The position numbers and the translations under genes were made by a program. 64,000 nt of DNA, from positions 1,024,001 to 1,088,000 of the forward strand of contig OZ242383.1 of the NCBI GenBank assembly GCA_965209155.1, given 5' to 3'. Below the pieces are notes generated by a model. The model saw nothing but the letters and a program-made list of their open reading frames with translations. It was not told the DNA's origin and ran no database searches. Source of the stretch: a bacterium. GTDB lineage: Bacteria; SAR324; NAC60-12. Below are positions 38,316 to 50,283 of this stretch, one piece after another; the first letter of the stretch is position 1, and every line of letters begins with the position of its first letter.

Positions 38316-38978
38316 TTATCTTTCCTTTCGTCTGGGACGCCGGCTTCGCTGTTTTTCAAAATTCTCGCCACGGCATACCCAGACTTTTATGCCAATCAAA
38401 CCGTAATTTGTCAGTGCTTCGGTAAATCCGTAATCGATTTCCGCCCGCAAAGTATGGAGCCGAACCCGTCCTTCTCGGACCCATTCGCTTCTCGCCATTT
38501 CCGCGCCATTGAGACGACCTGCCACCATAATCTTGCATCCTTCGATGTCCATACGCATAGCCGAGGTCATTGTTCGTTTAACTGCCCTGCGATAGGCCAC
38601 CCGGCGCTCTAATTGCATGGCCACATTTTCCGCAATCAATTGAGCGTCTATTTCGGGTCGTTTCACTTCTTTGATGTTGACGACGATATCTCGTTTCGTT
38701 AAGCGAGTAAGTGACTTTTTGAGCTTCTCGACTTCATCACCTTTACGACCTATTATGATACCAGGTCTTGCTGAAAATACGTTGACTTTCGTTTTACGCG
38801 AAGCACGTTCTATTTCTATTTTCGAAATCGCCGCGTGCTTGAGTTGTTTCTTAACAAATTTCTGAATATTTATATCTTCCTTCAATTGCTCCACATATTT
38901 TTTCTCTGCATACCACTTGGAATTCCAGGTATGCGTTATGCCGAGCCTCAACCCAATGGGATTAACTTTTTGACCCAC
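38316..38978 (-). CDS. rpsC: 30S ribosomal protein S3
   Basis: [26 protein letters not shown]. Confidence 0.98.
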   Translation of the reverse strand: MGQKVNPIGLRLGITHTWNSKWYAEKKYVEQLKEDINIQKFVKKQLKHAAISKIEIERASRKTKVNVFSARPGIIIGRKGDEVEKLKKSLTRLTKRDIVVNIKEVKRPEIDAQLIAENVAMQLERRVAYRRAVKRTMTSAMRMDIEGCKIMVAGRLNGAEMARSEWVREGRVRLHTLRAEIDYGFTEALTNYGLIGIKVWVCRGENFEKQRSRRPRRKER

Positions 38979-38997
38979 AATGCCTTTTTACTGAAAA

Positions 38998-39336
38998 TTA
39001 AATCGTATCCCCGACAACCAGGGTGATATGACAGGTACGTTTGTTGATTCGGGCACCGCGTCCCATTGCCCGTGCTCTGAAACGTTTCTGAGTCGGTCCT
39101 TCATTCGCATACGTTGCTGTAATAATCAAGTTGTCTACATCCACATGCGGATGCAATTCATCGGCATTTGCAATTGCCGATTTGAGTAATGTTTTTACGA
39201 CAGGCGCAGCCTTTCGATGAGTCGCATCAAGAAAAGCCAAGGCTTGGACCACATCTTTTCCTCGGATCAAATCCAAGACCAAACGCACTTTTCGAGGAGC
39301 AATGCGAACGTTTCTGGCTAGTGCTCTTGCTTCCAC
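38998..39336 (-). CDS. rplV: 50S ribosomal protein L22
   Basis: [21 protein letters not shown]. Confidence 0.97.
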   Translation of the reverse strand: MEARALARNVRIAPRKVRLVLDLIRGKDVVQALAFLDATHRKAAPVVKTLLKSAIANADELHPHVDVDNLIITATYANEGPTQKRFRARAMGRGARINKRTCHITLVVGDTI

Positions 39337-39350
39337 GATGTATCTCTCAA

Positions 39351-39629
39351 TTATCTTGTCCGCTTATCGGTTTTGCTGGTATGTCCTCGATACATTCGAG
39401 TAGGCGCAAATTCACCGAGTTTGTAACCTACCATCTCTTCGGTTATGAAAATAGGAATAAATTGCTTACCGTTGTGCACAGCAATATTGAGACCGATAAA
39501 ATCGGGAGTGATCATGGATCGACGTGACCATGTTCTGATCAATTTACGATCTTGCTTTTCCTGGGCGGAAGTGACCTTTTTTTCCAGGTGCTTGTCAACG
39601 AAGGGTTCTTTTTTCAAAGATCGAGGCAT
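39351..39629 (-). CDS. rpsS: 30S ribosomal protein S19
   Basis: [22 protein letters not shown]. Confidence 0.98.
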   Translation of the reverse strand: MPRSLKKEPFVDKHLEKKVTSAQEKQDRKLIRTWSRRSMITPDFIGLNIAVHNGKQFIPIFITEEMVGYKLGEFAPTRMYRGHTSKTDKRTR

Positions 39630-39638
39630 AAACATTCC

Positions 39639-40463
39639 TTATGCATTCCGTCTCCGGATAATATATTTGTCAGTGGCCTTATTATTACGTGTTCTGTATC
39701 CCTTCGTCGGCGTTCCCCAGGGGCTCACGGGATGGCGTCCTCCTGACGTGCGGCCTTCTCCACCCCCATGTGGATGATCAACAGGATTCATAACCACTCC
39801 TCGTACTGTGGGACGAATTCCCATCCATCGTCGCCTACCTGCTTTTCCTTGTTTCATATTCATACATTCAGCATTACCTACGGTGCCGATTGTTGCCAGA
39901 CATTCGGCGCGCACTATTCGAATTTCTCCCGAGCGTAATTTCAACTGAACGTAATCGATTTCTTTTCCCATCAATTGGACAGAGGTTCCAGCGCTTCTTG
40001 CCAATTGAGCACCTTTCTGAGGTCGGAGTTCCACGCAATGGAGCACAGTGCCCAAAGGGATATTTTTTAACGGCAAAGTATTTCCTACACGGATTTCCGC
40101 TTGAGCGCTGGCTATGATCATGTCACCGACTTTCAAGCCCTCGGGATTGATGATGTATCTTTTTTCCCCGTCTATATATCTCACTAGTGAAATCCTCGCG
40201 TTGCGGTTGGGATCATATTCGACAGAGAGCACTTTCGCGGGGATATCAAACTTGTTACGCTTGAAATCTATGATTCGGTATCGACGCTTGTGGCCCCCTC
40301 CGCGATGACGAACTGTGATCCGCCCATGGTTGTTTCGCCCTCCCTTCTTTTTGAGAGAAGTCAACAATGTTTTTTCCGGAGTCGTTCTCGTAATTTCTTC
40401 AAACCCAAACCCACTCATCCCTCGTCTGCCCGGTGAAGTTGGTTTGTACTTTTTTATCGTCAT
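39639..40463 (-). CDS. rplB: 50S ribosomal protein L2
   Basis: [19 protein letters not shown]. Confidence 0.99.
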   Translation of the reverse strand: MTIKKYKPTSPGRRGMSGFGFEEITRTTPEKTLLTSLKKKGGRNNHGRITVRHRGGGHKRRYRIIDFKRNKFDIPAKVLSVEYDPNRNARISLVRYIDGEKRYIINPEGLKVGDMIIASAQAEIRVGNTLPLKNIPLGTVLHCVELRPQKGAQLARSAGTSVQLMGKEIDYVQLKLRSGEIRIVRAECLATIGTVGNAECMNMKQGKAGRRRWMGIRPTVRGVVMNPVDHPHGGGEGRTSGGRHPVSPWGTPTKGYRTRNNKATDKYIIRRRNA

Positions 40464-40482
40464 AATTCCTTACTGCTCAGAA

Positions 40483-40770
40483 TCACGCACCTTCAAAATA
40501 TTCAATTTTATCACCCTCCTTCAAGGTTACGATTGCCTTTTTCCAGTCGGATTTTTTTCCCAGGTAACGTCCCAACTTTTTCGGTTTCCCTTTGATATTG
40601 ATCGTACGGACATGAAGCACTTTCACGTTGAAAGCTTTTTCGATACTTTCTTTGATTTGCAATTTGTTGGCGTCTTTTTGTACCTGAAAAATGACTTGAT
40701 TTGAAAACTCATGATGCCAGGTCGTTTTTTCCGTCAGCAGAGGACGTTTTATAACGTTATAGAGATTCAT
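40483..40770 (-). CDS. rplW: 50S ribosomal protein L23
   Basis: PLLTEK, ANKLQIK, WKKAIVTL. Confidence 0.97.
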   Translation of the reverse strand: MNLYNVIKRPLLTEKTTWHHEFSNQVIFQVQKDANKLQIKESIEKAFNVKVLHVRTINIKGKPKKLGRYLGKKSDWKKAIVTLKEGDKIEYFEGA

Positions 40771-41390
40771 GATAGCATCCTTTGCTCAACGGCAGAGAGC
40801 GCATTTTTGACAAATATCACTTTTTCATAGCGCAACAATTTGTATACATTCAATGTATGATAATTGATGACTTGAACCTTGGGAAGATTACGGGCAGCCA
40901 ATTGCAAATTTCGAGGAAGTTCGTCGACAACTATCAGAACTTGTGGACATTCCAGGTTGGCAAGAATGGCTTGGAACATTTTGGTTTTATGGTCTTCCAA
41001 TTGTAAATGATCCAGGATAACAATCTGATTATTGCGGACTTTCTCCGCAAAAGCGGAACACAAGGCCTGTTTGCGTACTTTTTTATTGATCGATTTTGCA
41101 TGGCTCCTCGGACGGGGACCGAAGACCACGCCACCTTGACGCCAGATAGGGGATTTAGTGCTACCCACTCGCGCACGTCCCGTTCCTTTTTGTTTCCAAT
41201 TCTTCCTGGTACTACCGGAAACCTCGGAGCGTGCTTTGGTTGCATGCGTGCCTCGACGCAGACCAGAAAGGTAGTGAACCACCGTCTCTTGGATCAGGTG
41301 AGGTTTATAAGGCGTTTCCAACAATTGATCGCTGAATTCAATATCCCCGGCAGCCGTTTTGTCAAAATGGATTATGGGAAACTTGGCCAT
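40767..41390 (-). CDS. rplD: 50S ribosomal protein L4
   Basis: QKGTGRAR.G, GGVVFGPRPR. Confidence 0.98.
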   Translation of the reverse strand: MAKFPIIHFDKTAAGDIEFSDQLLETPYKPHLIQETVVHYLSGLRRGTHATKARSEVSGSTRKNWKQKGTGRARVGSTKSPIWRQGGVVFGPRPRSHAKSINKKVRKQALCSAFAEKVRNNQIVILDHLQLEDHKTKMFQAILANLECPQVLIVVDELPRNLQLAARNLPKVQVINYHTLNVYKLLRYEKVIFVKNALSAVEQRMLS

Positions 41391-41434
41391 TGTGATTCTT
41401 CAAATTTATGTAATCCCCAATCGTGCGCCATGCG

Positions 41435-41743
41435 TCACTCCTGCTTGATCGCAATATCCACCCCTGCGGAAATATCGAGCTTCATCAGCGCATCCATTGT
41501 CTGAGGAGTGGTATCAAGGATATAAAGCAGGCGCTTATGAGTCCTCATTTCAAATTGTTCTCGAGACTTTTTATCGACATGAGGAGATCGTAAAACGGTA
41601 TATTTGTTGATACGAGTAGGCAGTGGGATCGGTCCAACAATCTGCGCCCCTGTTCTTCTTACCGTATGGGCGATTTCACCGACAGTTTGATCCAACAATT
41701 TATCGTCATATGCTTTAAACCTGACTTTTATTTTATGCTCCAT
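41435..41743 (-). CDS. rpsJ: 30S ribosomal protein S10
   Basis: [21 protein letters not shown]. Confidence 0.98.
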   Translation of the reverse strand: MEHKIKVRFKAYDDKLLDQTVGEIAHTVRRTGAQIVGPIPLPTRINKYTVLRSPHVDKKSREQFEMRTHKRLLYILDTTPQTMDALMKLDISAGVDIAIKQE

Positions 41744-41760
41744 TCTGTCTCTTAACGATC

Positions 41761-42960
41761 CTATGCGATAATTTCCGTGACAACACCGGAACCGATCGTT
41801 CGTCCTCCTTCACGGATTGCGAAACGGAGTTCCCTCTCCATGGCAATGGGTGTGATCAATTCCACGGTGATTTCCACGTTGTCTCCTGGCATAACCATTT
41901 CAATATTTTCCGGAAGATGAATCATTCCGGTGACGTCTGTGGTGCGGAAATAAAATTGCGGGCGGTAGTTAGTGAAAAACGGAGTATGGCGACCTCCCTC
42001 ATCCTTTGTGAGCACATAAACCTGCCCTTTAAACTTGGTATGAGGGGTAATGCTTCCAGGCTTGCAGATTACCTGACCGCGTTCCACTTCTTCACGTTTG
42101 AGTCCTCGAACCAGCAGTCCGACGTTGTCCCCGGCTTGTCCTTCATTCAGGGTCTTGCGGAACATCTCAACTCCGGTGACGACCGTTTTTTGGGTATCTC
42201 GAATGCCACAAATTTCCACTTCCTCGCCAATTTTTACGATTCCTCTTTCGATGCGACCGGTGGCCACGGTTCCTCGACCAGAAATCGTGAAAACATCCTC
42301 AACGGACATCAAAAAGTCTTTATCCAAATCTCGCATAGGTTCGGGGATGTATTTATCAACTGCATCCATCAATTCCAGGATAGATTGAAAATCTTCCCCC
42401 GTGGGGTCCGTTTTGTCCGATTCCAGTGCGAGCAACGCCGATCCCTTGATCACCGGAATATCATCTCCGGGAAATTCGTAAGAACTCAATAGTTCTCGAA
42501 CTTCCAGCTCAACCAATTCCAACAGTTCTTCGTCGTCCACTTGATCGACTTTGTTCAAATAAACGACCAGGTAAGGAACATTCACCTGTCTGGCCAGGAG
42601 GATATGTTCTCGGGTTTGGGGCATTGGCCCATCAGCAGCAGACACGACTATAATGGCGCCATCCATTTGAGCAGCGCCTGTAATCATGTTTTTAACGTAA
42701 TCCGCGTGTCCTGGACAATCCACGTGAGCATAATGCCGATTCTCTGTTTCATATTCTATATGAGCAGTGGCAATCGTTATCCCTCGTGCCCGTTCCTCCG
42801 GAGCCGCATCAATTTCACCGAATTCCTTGACCTGCGCCATACCCTTCATATTCAATACTTTCGTAATTGCGGCGGTCAATGTGGTTTTTCCGTGATCGAC
42901 GTGTCCAATCGTCCCAATATTCACATGAGGTTTGGATCGATTAAATTGTTCTTTTGCCAT
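41761..42960 (-). CDS. tuf: Elongation factor Tu
   Basis: [30 protein letters not shown]. Confidence 0.99.
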   Translation of the reverse strand: MAKEQFNRSKPHVNIGTIGHVDHGKTTLTAAITKVLNMKGMAQVKEFGEIDAAPEERARGITIATAHIEYETENRHYAHVDCPGHADYVKNMITGAAQMDGAIIVVSAADGPMPQTREHILLARQVNVPYLVVYLNKVDQVDDEELLELVELEVRELLSSYEFPGDDIPVIKGSALLALESDKTDPTGEDFQSILELMDAVDKYIPEPMRDLDKDFLMSVEDVFTISGRGTVATGRIERGIVKIGEEVEICGIRDTQKTVVTGVEMFRKTLNEGQAGDNVGLLVRGLKREEVERGQVICKPGSITPHTKFKGQVYVLTKDEGGRHTPFFTNYRPQFYFRTTDVTGMIHLPENIEMVMPGDNVEITVELITPIAMERELRFAIREGGRTIGSGVVTEIIA

Positions 42961-42998
42961 GTTTTTCTCCTAAAATTAACAAGCCCTTGAGATTCCCT

Positions 42999-45086
42999 TT
43001 ATACATTGAGGTTTTGAGATATTTCCACTATTTCACCCAATACGTTTTCAACTACGGGTTCATAGTGACTGAATTGCATCGAATAAACGGCACGCCCTTG
43101 GGTTGCCGATCTGAGGTCGGTGGAATAGCCGAACATCGCAGCCAACGGAACTTCTGCCAAAACCACATGTGCTCCGGAACGTTCCGACATTCCTCTTACA
43201 CGGCCCTTGCGGGCATTCAAATCATTGATGACCTGTCCCATATGTTCTATAGGAACGGATACTTCTACTTCCATTACAGGTTCTAGTATAACTGGATTGG
43301 CTTGTCGAGCTCCCTCTTTTAAAGCCTTTGAAGCAGCCATTTTGAAAGCCAATTCAGTCGATTCATTATCCAGTGCGATTCCTTCAATCAGAACCGCTTT
43401 TAAATCAATCAGTGGATAACCCGCCAGGACTCCTGCATCTGAAGCTTCTTTCAACCCTTGTTCAATTGCTGCAATAAATCGATCCTCCAGCGCTTCCTGG
43501 ACCTGGTTTGCAAAAACGAAACCGCTTCTTGGTTCCAAAGGAATAAACTCCAACCTGCAAAAAGCATACTGTTCTTTTCCCCCGATTAGCTGGCTGACCT
43601 CACTTTTGATGATTTTTTTGGTGGTAATGGTTTCCCGGTAAGCCACTCGGGGTTTTCCCACGTTGCATGCTACTCGAAATTCCTTTTTTAATCGTCCTAC
43701 AATTATTTCCAGGTGGAGTTCTCCCATTCCAGAAATTAAGGTCTGACCCGTTTCCTCTTCAATTCGTGAATGAAATGAGGGGTCTTCTTTTGTCAGTTTC
43801 TCCAGAGTTTGCGCCAATTTGACTTGATCCAGCTTGGTTTTCGGTTCTATGGCAATATCAATGACTGGTTCCGGGAAATGGGTTTGATCCAGGAGTAATG
43901 GTTTTTTTTTTGTACAAAGAGTATCCCCCGTGGTAGTGAAATTGAAACCAAGAACGGCTCCTATGTCTCCAGCACCGATTTTATCTACTTCTTCACGCTT
44001 GTTGGAGTGCATCTTCAATAAAGAACCTACCCGCTCAATTTTTTTCTTCACCGGATTATATACTGATTTACCGGACTCTAAAACGCCGGCGTACACTCTC
44101 ACAAAGGTCAATTGTCCTGCGAATGGATCCGTTGCGATTTTAAAAGCAATTGCGCACAATGCCTCGTCATCCACTGTTTTCAAAGAGATGTTCTCCTGTG
44201 TTTCCGGATCAATTCCCGTCACTGTCGGAAAATCCGGTGGAGAGGGCAAATATTTGATCACGGCATCCAACAATGGTTGTATTCCCTTATTTTTATATGA
44301 GGAACCACATAAAACCGGAGTCACCAGATTTTTACGGGATCCCTGCCGTAAGGCGAGTTCAATTTCTTTCGATTCAATCTTTTCTTCTTCCAGGACCTTC
44401 TCCATCAAATGATCGTCCAATTCAGCAACAACCTCCAAGAGAGACTCCCGGTAGTGATCAGCTCGTTCTCGATACTCTGCAGGAATGGTTTTCACTTCGA
44501 AATTCAATCCTGATGCAGTTTTATTGAAATAGATGGCTTCCATCTTGATCAGGTCGATCACTCCTTGGAAGTCGTCTTCTCTACCTAGTGGAAGTTGGAT
44601 TGCTACGACCTTTGCATCGAGTTTCTCCTCCATCATGGTCAGAACCCTGTAAAAATCGGCTCCAACCCGATCCATTTTATTGACGTAGGCGATTCGCGGA
44701 ATCGAGTAGCGATCTGCTTGTTGCCAAACAGTTTCCGACTGGGACTGAACCCCGGACGCTCCGCAAAAAATTGCAATCACTCCATCTAAAATACGTAGGG
44801 AACGTTCTACTTCAAAAGTAAAATCAACATGGCCGGGGGTATCGATTATATTAATTCCATAATCGTCATTGTCCACCCTCCAAAAACAAGTTGTCGCAGC
44901 CGACGTGATAGTAATGCCGCGCTCTTGTTCTTCTTCCATCCAATCCATCGTTGCCGCGCCATCGTCGACTTCTCCAATTTTGTGAATACGTCCGGTAAAA
45001 TATAAAATTCGTTCCGTGGTCGTTGTTTTTCCAGCATCGATATGGGCCATGATCCCAATATTTCGCCTGGATCTTGAATGAATCAA
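42999..45086 (-). CDS. fusA: Elongation factor G (str-operon copy, divergent domain IV)
   Basis: [31 protein letters not shown]. Confidence 0.95.
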   Translation of the reverse strand: MIHSRSRRNIGIMAHIDAGKTTTTERILYFTGRIHKIGEVDDGAATMDWMEEEQERGITITSAATTCFWRVDNDDYGINIIDTPGHVDFTFEVERSLRILDGVIAIFCGASGVQSQSETVWQQADRYSIPRIAYVNKMDRVGADFYRVLTMMEEKLDAKVVAIQLPLGREDDFQGVIDLIKMEAIYFNKTASGLNFEVKTIPAEYRERADHYRESLLEVVAELDDHLMEKVLEEEKIESKEIELALRQGSRKNLVTPVLCGSSYKNKGIQPLLDAVIKYLPSPPDFPTVTGIDPETQENISLKTVDDEALCAIAFKIATDPFAGQLTFVRVYAGVLESGKSVYNPVKKKIERVGSLLKMHSNKREEVDKIGAGDIGAVLGFNFTTTGDTLCTKKKPLLLDQTHFPEPVIDIAIEPKTKLDQVKLAQTLEKLTKEDPSFHSRIEEETGQTLISGMGELHLEIIVGRLKKEFRVACNVGKPRVAYRETITTKKIIKSEVSQLIGGKEQYAFCRLEFIPLEPRSGFVFANQVQEALEDRFIAAIEQGLKEASDAGVLAGYPLIDLKAVLIEGIALDNESTELAFKMAASKALKEGARQANPVILEPVMEVEVSVPIEHMGQVINDLNARKGRVRGMSERSGAHVVLAEVPLAAMFGYSTDLRSATQGRAVYSMQFSHYEPVVENVLGEIVEISQNLNV

Positions 45087-45108
45087 AACACGTTACCTGC
45101 AAATGAGG

Positions 45109-45582
45109 TTACCATCGATAGTGTGCAAACGCCTTATTGGCATCCGCCATTTTATGAGTGTCCTCTTTTTTCTTGACGGAAGATCCTCTGTTATGGAAGG
45201 CATCTAATAGTTCTTCGGCTAATTTTCCCCTCATGGATTTACCGCTGCGCCCATTTGCATAAGATATCAGCCAGCGAATAGCCAATGCTTGACTGCGATC
45301 ATGTTTCACTTCTATGGGCACTTGATAAGTTGATCCTCCAACGCGACGAGATTTCACTTCCAGGACCGGACACACATTTTTAACCGCATTTCTGAAAATT
45401 TCGAGCGGCGGGGTCTCTGTTTCTTTCTTTTCAATGATATCAAAAGCGCCATATAAAATCTTTTCAGCAGTGCTTTTTTTACCACTTTTCATCAGACAAT
45501 TAACAAACTTGCTAACCAGTTGATCTTTATGTGTGGGATCTGGCAGTACCTCCCTTTTTTCTGCCGCATGTCGTCTGGCCAT
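45109..45582 (-). CDS. rpsG: 30S ribosomal protein S7
   Basis: [22 protein letters not shown]. Confidence 0.98.
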   Translation of the reverse strand: MARRHAAEKREVLPDPTHKDQLVSKFVNCLMKSGKKSTAEKILYGAFDIIEKKETETPPLEIFRNAVKNVCPVLEVKSRRVGGSTYQVPIEVKHDRSQALAIRWLISYANGRSGKSMRGKLAEELLDAFHNRGSSVKKKEDTHKMADANKAFAHYRW

Positions 45583-45598
45583 AGTTTCTTCTTAGCTC

Positions 45599-45967
45599 CT
45601 AGTTGCGTTTAGTCCCATATTTTGAGCGCCCTTGCTTCCTTTCAGATACTCCAACCGTGTCTAAAGCCCCCCGGATGATGTGGTAACGAACTCCGGGCAA
45701 ATCTTTAACTCTCCCTCCACGCAGCAAAACAACCGAGTGTTCTTGTAGATTGTGTCCAATTCCAGGAATATAACTCGTCACTTCAATCCCATTGCTCAAT
45801 CGAACCCTGGCCACTTTCCGCAATGCCGAGTTCGGTTTTTTTGGAGTGGAGGTATAAACTCTCATGCATACGCCTCGTTTTTGAGGACAACCTTGCAGAG
45901 CGGGTGTATCGCTTTTGGATGTCTTTTTTACCCGTCCTCTGTGAACCAATTGATTTAATGTTGGCAT
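45599..45967 (-). CDS. rpsL: 30S ribosomal protein S12
   Basis: [22 protein letters not shown]. Confidence 0.99.
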   Translation of the reverse strand: MPTLNQLVHRGRVKKTSKSDTPALQGCPQKRGVCMRVYTSTPKKPNSALRKVARVRLSNGIEVTSYIPGIGHNLQEHSVVLLRGGRVKDLPGVRYHIIRGALDTVGVSERKQGRSKYGTKRN

Positions 45968-46429
45968 TTCAATACTTCCACGGCCTTGAAAAATTTTTTT
46001 AAATAAGGATTTTTTGAACCCTGTTTTATCCAGTGTTTGTCAGTCTTGTTCCCGGAGTCACTTTCTCCCTGTTGTTTCCATGAGTTTTGAAAAACTATGA
46101 GTGACTCACACCAAAAGACCAGTTTTTGCTCTTTAATCAACAAAGAATTTATTAAAATCCGACATACTAACAAATGAATTACTGGAAAGCAACATAAAAA
46201 TTAAATTAATTTGAGAAAATATTCAAAAACCTGAATCCAAACTATGGTCATGAATCTTATTTTAAGTTTCACGAGCAAAGATTACTTACCTCAATTGAAT
46301 TTTTCAAGAAAAAGATACGCTAATGGAAGGCGCAAAACTCGCTGTGCCATATATCGCGATTTCAGAATGAATCAGCTATAGTGAGCGCAACTTCATGTTC
46401 ACAATAGTTAAGACGAATTGAATCCTTCG

Positions 46430-48484
46430 ATGCAATCTTCGCGAATCAAAATAGGTGGCGCAACGTTGAATCAAATACCTTTGGACTGGCAGGGTAACCA
46501 GGATCGCATCCTGCAGGCCATTACCCGGGCAAAACAAGAAGGGGTAGCGATTTTGGGTTTACCCGAGTTGTGTCTTTCGGGATATGGCTGTGAAGACGCC
46601 TTCCATGCGGCTGGTGTCAGTGAAACAGCCTGGCAGATGCTGATGGGAATCCTTCCTCACACGTCCGGGATCACTGTCGCCGTCGGAATTCCAATTCACT
46701 CGAATCATGTACTTTACAATGCGCTGGCTCTTGTTTGCGACGGTTGTCTTCGTGGTATTGCCGTCAAGCAATTTTTACCTGGAGAAGACCTGTATTATGA
46801 GCCCCGCTGGTTCAAACCGTGGCCAGCAGGCGAGGTGCGGACTCTGAGAGTGCAGGATCTCAGCGTGCCTTTGGGTGATTTGATATTTGATCTGGGAAGG
46901 TTGCGCATTGGAGTGGAAATATGTGAAGATGCCTGGGTGGTCAATCGCCCTGCCGGGCGCTTATCGGCTCGAGGAGTAGACTTGATCCTCAACGCCAGTG
47001 CCAGTCACTTTGCCTTGGATCGCTTCGAAGCGCGGCGTCAGATCGTGAAAGAAGGCGCTCGGGCGAGCAATACGACCTACCTTTATAGCAATCTCTTAGG
47101 TTGTGAAGCAGGAAGAATTCTTTATGACGGCACAGTCTTGATCGCCTCCGGGAACCAGGGAATTCTGGCGGAAGGGCCGCGTTTTTCATATCGAGACGTG
47201 GTCTTGACGACTGCGGTTGTCGACCTGGAACTCAATCGATTGCAGCGTCGTAAAAACGTCAACTATCATCCCCTGGATACCTCCCCTGACAATTTGGTGG
47301 ATTGCCCATTTCCCTGGGACTGCTTTACGAAAGAGTCGATTCTCCCGGATCCATTGAGGGATGCGTCTTCAAAATCCGGCCCTGCGCTTGTTTCTCTATC
47401 GCGTTTTGAAGAATTCACCCATGCCGTGGCGCTCGGGTTGTGGGATTATTTGAGAAAAAGCCGCAGCCAGGGGTTTGTCATTTCCATCAGTGGCGGAGCC
47501 GATTCCGCAACTGTCGCCGTGTTGATCTATATGATGGTAAATCTTGCATTGAAAGAACTGGGATGGAAAAATTTTTCCCGCAAACAGGCCCATCTTTCCT
47601 GGCTGCCGGATAATGAGGAGTGGAACGTCGCCGAAGTGATGCGACATATACTGCTTACCGTCTATCAAGGCAGCGAACATTCATCTCGAACCACATTTAC
47701 CGCAGCACGGGAACTGGCAGGCGCACTCCATGCGCGCTTTATTGAATTCGACATCTCTCCCGTGGTTGAAAAATACGCAACCTGGTTGTCAGATGTGCTG
47801 CAACGTCCCCTCAACTGGGAACAGGATGATCTGGCCTTGCAAAACATTCAAGCCAGGGTACGCGGCCCCAGCGTATGGATGCTCGCTAACACCTATGGGG
47901 CCCTCTTGCTTTCAACCAGCAACCGTAGTGAAGCGGCGGTGGGTTACACCACCATGGATGGCGACACTTGTGGAGGTTTGAGTCCCATTGCCGGAATCGA
48001 CAAAGCATTCATTTTAAATTGGTTGCAATGGATGGAAACGCAGGAAGTCATTGCCGGGGGCCCGCTACCGATTCTGAAGTTGATCACTGCGCAAAAACCA
48101 ACGGCAGAATTACGGCCCTCCACCAGCAATCAATCGGATGAAGACGACTTGATGCCCTATCCGATTTTAGATGCCATCGAACGACTGGCAATTCGAGACC
48201 GTAAAATGCCCCTCCAGGTCTGGCGAGATCTGCAGCATCAATTTCCTGCCACCAAGGAGTTCTCCCCGCTTCGTCTGGCATCATTCGTAGAGCGCTTTTT
48301 TCGACTGTGGAGTCGCAATCAATGGAAGCGAGAACGATATGCGCCTTCTTTTCATTTGGATGATGAGAATCTCGACCCCAAAACCTGGTGCCGCTTTCCA
48401 ATTCTATCAGGAGGATTCTCTGAAGAACTCAAATTGCTCCACAAGGAAGTTGCGAAAAACGGAGGCGAAATGAAATCCGATTGA
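46430..48484 (+). CDS. nadE: Glutamine-dependent NAD+ synthetase
   Basis: Nitrilase-like domain (PELC, EICED) fused to SGGADS, QNIQAR, NRSE, PTAEL synthetase motifs. Confidence 0.95.
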   Translation: MQSSRIKIGGATLNQIPLDWQGNQDRILQAITRAKQEGVAILGLPELCLSGYGCEDAFHAAGVSETAWQMLMGILPHTSGITVAVGIPIHSNHVLYNALALVCDGCLRGIAVKQFLPGEDLYYEPRWFKPWPAGEVRTLRVQDLSVPLGDLIFDLGRLRIGVEICEDAWVVNRPAGRLSARGVDLILNASASHFALDRFEARRQIVKEGARASNTTYLYSNLLGCEAGRILYDGTVLIASGNQGILAEGPRFSYRDVVLTTAVVDLELNRLQRRKNVNYHPLDTSPDNLVDCPFPWDCFTKESILPDPLRDASSKSGPALVSLSRFEEFTHAVALGLWDYLRKSRSQGFVISISGGADSATVAVLIYMMVNLALKELGWKNFSRKQAHLSWLPDNEEWNVAEVMRHILLTVYQGSEHSSRTTFTAARELAGALHARFIEFDISPVVEKYATWLSDVLQRPLNWEQDDLALQNIQARVRGPSVWMLANTYGALLLSTSNRSEAAVGYTTMDGDTCGGLSPIAGIDKAFILNWLQWMETQEVIAGGPLPILKLITAQKPTAELRPSTSNQSDEDDLMPYPILDAIERLAIRDRKMPLQVWRDLQHQFPATKEFSPLRLASFVERFFRLWSRNQWKRERYAPSFHLDDENLDPKTWCRFPILSGGFSEELKLLHKEVAKNGGEMKSD

Positions 48485-48510
48485 TCGCTTCGTTTTCGAA
48501 GGGACCCCAT

Positions 48511-50283
48511 TCAAAATTTACTTGGAGGTTCCAGGCTGATGGGAACAACCGGAAGGTTTTCGATAAGCTTGGGAATCCAACGCGCAAGTCCGCGTTTGGG
48601 AGTTGGATGAAACCAGGCGACGGGAATCCCAAATCGCGCCAACTGCCGCAAGGAGCACCTGAATTTTTGCTGAGCTTCTCGAGCGCTTTCTCCCTGCTTG
48701 GGACTGGTCAGTCCATCGGAGCAGATCAGAACACGATCTCCATGAAACGTCCCTTGCCGTTGGACGCCCCGGACGAGTTGTTGAAGACAGTACGCCAGGT
48801 GACTTGTCCCCCCTGCTTCATTCAATGAAAGCAGGGCCTCTTCCACCTGACGGGTAGTTCCCCGTCTTAAAAGCCACGAAGGGCGACCGTCTTTTAAAAG
48901 CAATATGTGAAACCGGCAAGTACGCGCCAACGGATTCAAAGACAAGAGCGCATTGCGCGCTTCAGATAAAAAGCGGAGAGCTGCCGTCGAGCGGCTGGCG
49001 TCGAGGAATATCCAGACGTTGGCTTTTCGTGCGGAAAAACGGAATCGCATTTGCCAGTTGTTCACTCCCGGCGTCCAGCCCTGCCTGACGGATGCCAGAA
49101 AAGAATGGGTCCAGCAAATGCTGGAGTTTAAATACTGAAACCGGGATTCATATCCGGAAGAATTGCTGGAATGTTTTTTAGTGTCTTTGGATTCCAAATC
49201 TCTTTGCCACCAGGTTCCCAGCCTTTCATACGCCTTCGACCGGGCTGCTTCCAATTTCAAATTATCTGAACGGGATGCGTTGGGGGACAAAGAAATTTTC
49301 AATGCAGCAGCAAGTGACGAAACAGACCGTTGCGCAGTAGTCGGGGGCTTTTCTTTTACCGGGGAGTTCCTGTCAGGTCGATTGGACGATATCGCAGGAG
49401 GAGCAGGAGGCGGGTCGATGCGATTTTCCCGTTGACGATGGCCCAAACAGAGGATCCAGGCCGCCTCTACGTCTTCTGTTTCCACGCATTGTCGTCCTTC
49501 CCAGGCTGCCAGGCAGCGTGAAGTTCTCAAAGCCGCCAATTCAGCGCGCACTCCTTCCAGCTTCAAATCCCGGGCCGTCTGCGCAATCTCTTTACGCAAA
49601 GAGTCTGAAATATGAAGGGATGGCAGTCGTCTGCGGGCCTGCAAAATTTGTTTTTTCAGAGTGTCCAGGGCGGCCTGATGACTTTGGATAAAGGCGGTTT
49701 GATTGTCGTCAAAAGCCATACGGCGTTCCACAATGGTCATCCTCTCTTCTACGGAATAATCATCCGAGACTATAACTCCGTGGGAAAAGCGATCCAGTAA
49801 CTGCGGACGCAAATCTCCTTCTTCCGGATTCATTGAACCAATCAAAATGTAGTGGGCAGCTACTTCCGAGGAAATCCCGTCCCGCTCGATACGGTGCGTG
49901 CCGCTTGCTGCAGAATCCAGGATGTAATCGGAAAGGTGATCCGGCATTAAATTGATTTCATCAATATACAACACACCACGATGAGCTTGCTGAATCAAAC
50001 CGACTCGAGCGGACCATTGCCCCTTCTCCAGGAGAGAAGCCGCATCGACGGAACCCAATAGCCGGTCTTCAGTAGTCCCCAGGGGAACCTCTACAAAAGG
50101 AACGACGCTGCCTTCAAAAGGAGGGAGCGCGTGGGCGAAGGCCCGGGCCAGGGTGCTTTTTGCGCAGCCCCGGTGTCCTGAAAGAATCACCCCCTCCAGT
50201 CGACGGTCGATGGCATGACAGATCATGGAACTCTTGGCGCGTTCCAGCCCTACGATTGCAGTGAAAGGAAATGGAGTACTCAT
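48511..50283 (-). CDS. ChlD/ChlI-like chelatase ATPase (AAA+ plus vWA), probable cobaltochelatase partner
   Basis: FPFTAIVG, GHRGCAKS, LYIDEINL, MNPEEGDLRPQLLDRF, Pro-rich linker, DASRS MIDAS; overlaps the cobN stop. Confidence 0.88.
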   Translation of the reverse strand: MSTPFPFTAIVGLERAKSSMICHAIDRRLEGVILSGHRGCAKSTLARAFAHALPPFEGSVVPFVEVPLGTTEDRLLGSVDAASLLEKGQWSARVGLIQQAHRGVLYIDEINLMPDHLSDYILDSAASGTHRIERDGISSEVAAHYILIGSMNPEEGDLRPQLLDRFSHGVIVSDDYSVEERMTIVERRMAFDDNQTAFIQSHQAALDTLKKQILQARRRLPSLHISDSLRKEIAQTARDLKLEGVRAELAALRTSRCLAAWEGRQCVETEDVEAAWILCLGHRQRENRIDPPPAPPAISSNRPDRNSPVKEKPPTTAQRSVSSLAAALKISLSPNASRSDNLKLEAARSKAYERLGTWWQRDLESKDTKKHSSNSSGYESRFQYLNSSICWTHSFLASVRQGWTPGVNNWQMRFRFSARKANVWIFLDASRSTAALRFLSEARNALLSLNPLARTCRFHILLLKDGRPSWLLRRGTTRQVEEALLSLNEAGGTSHLAYCLQQLVRGVQRQGTFHGDRVLICSDGLTSPKQGESAREAQQKFRCSLRQLARFGIPVAWFHPTPKRGLARWIPKLIENLPVVPISLEPPSKF

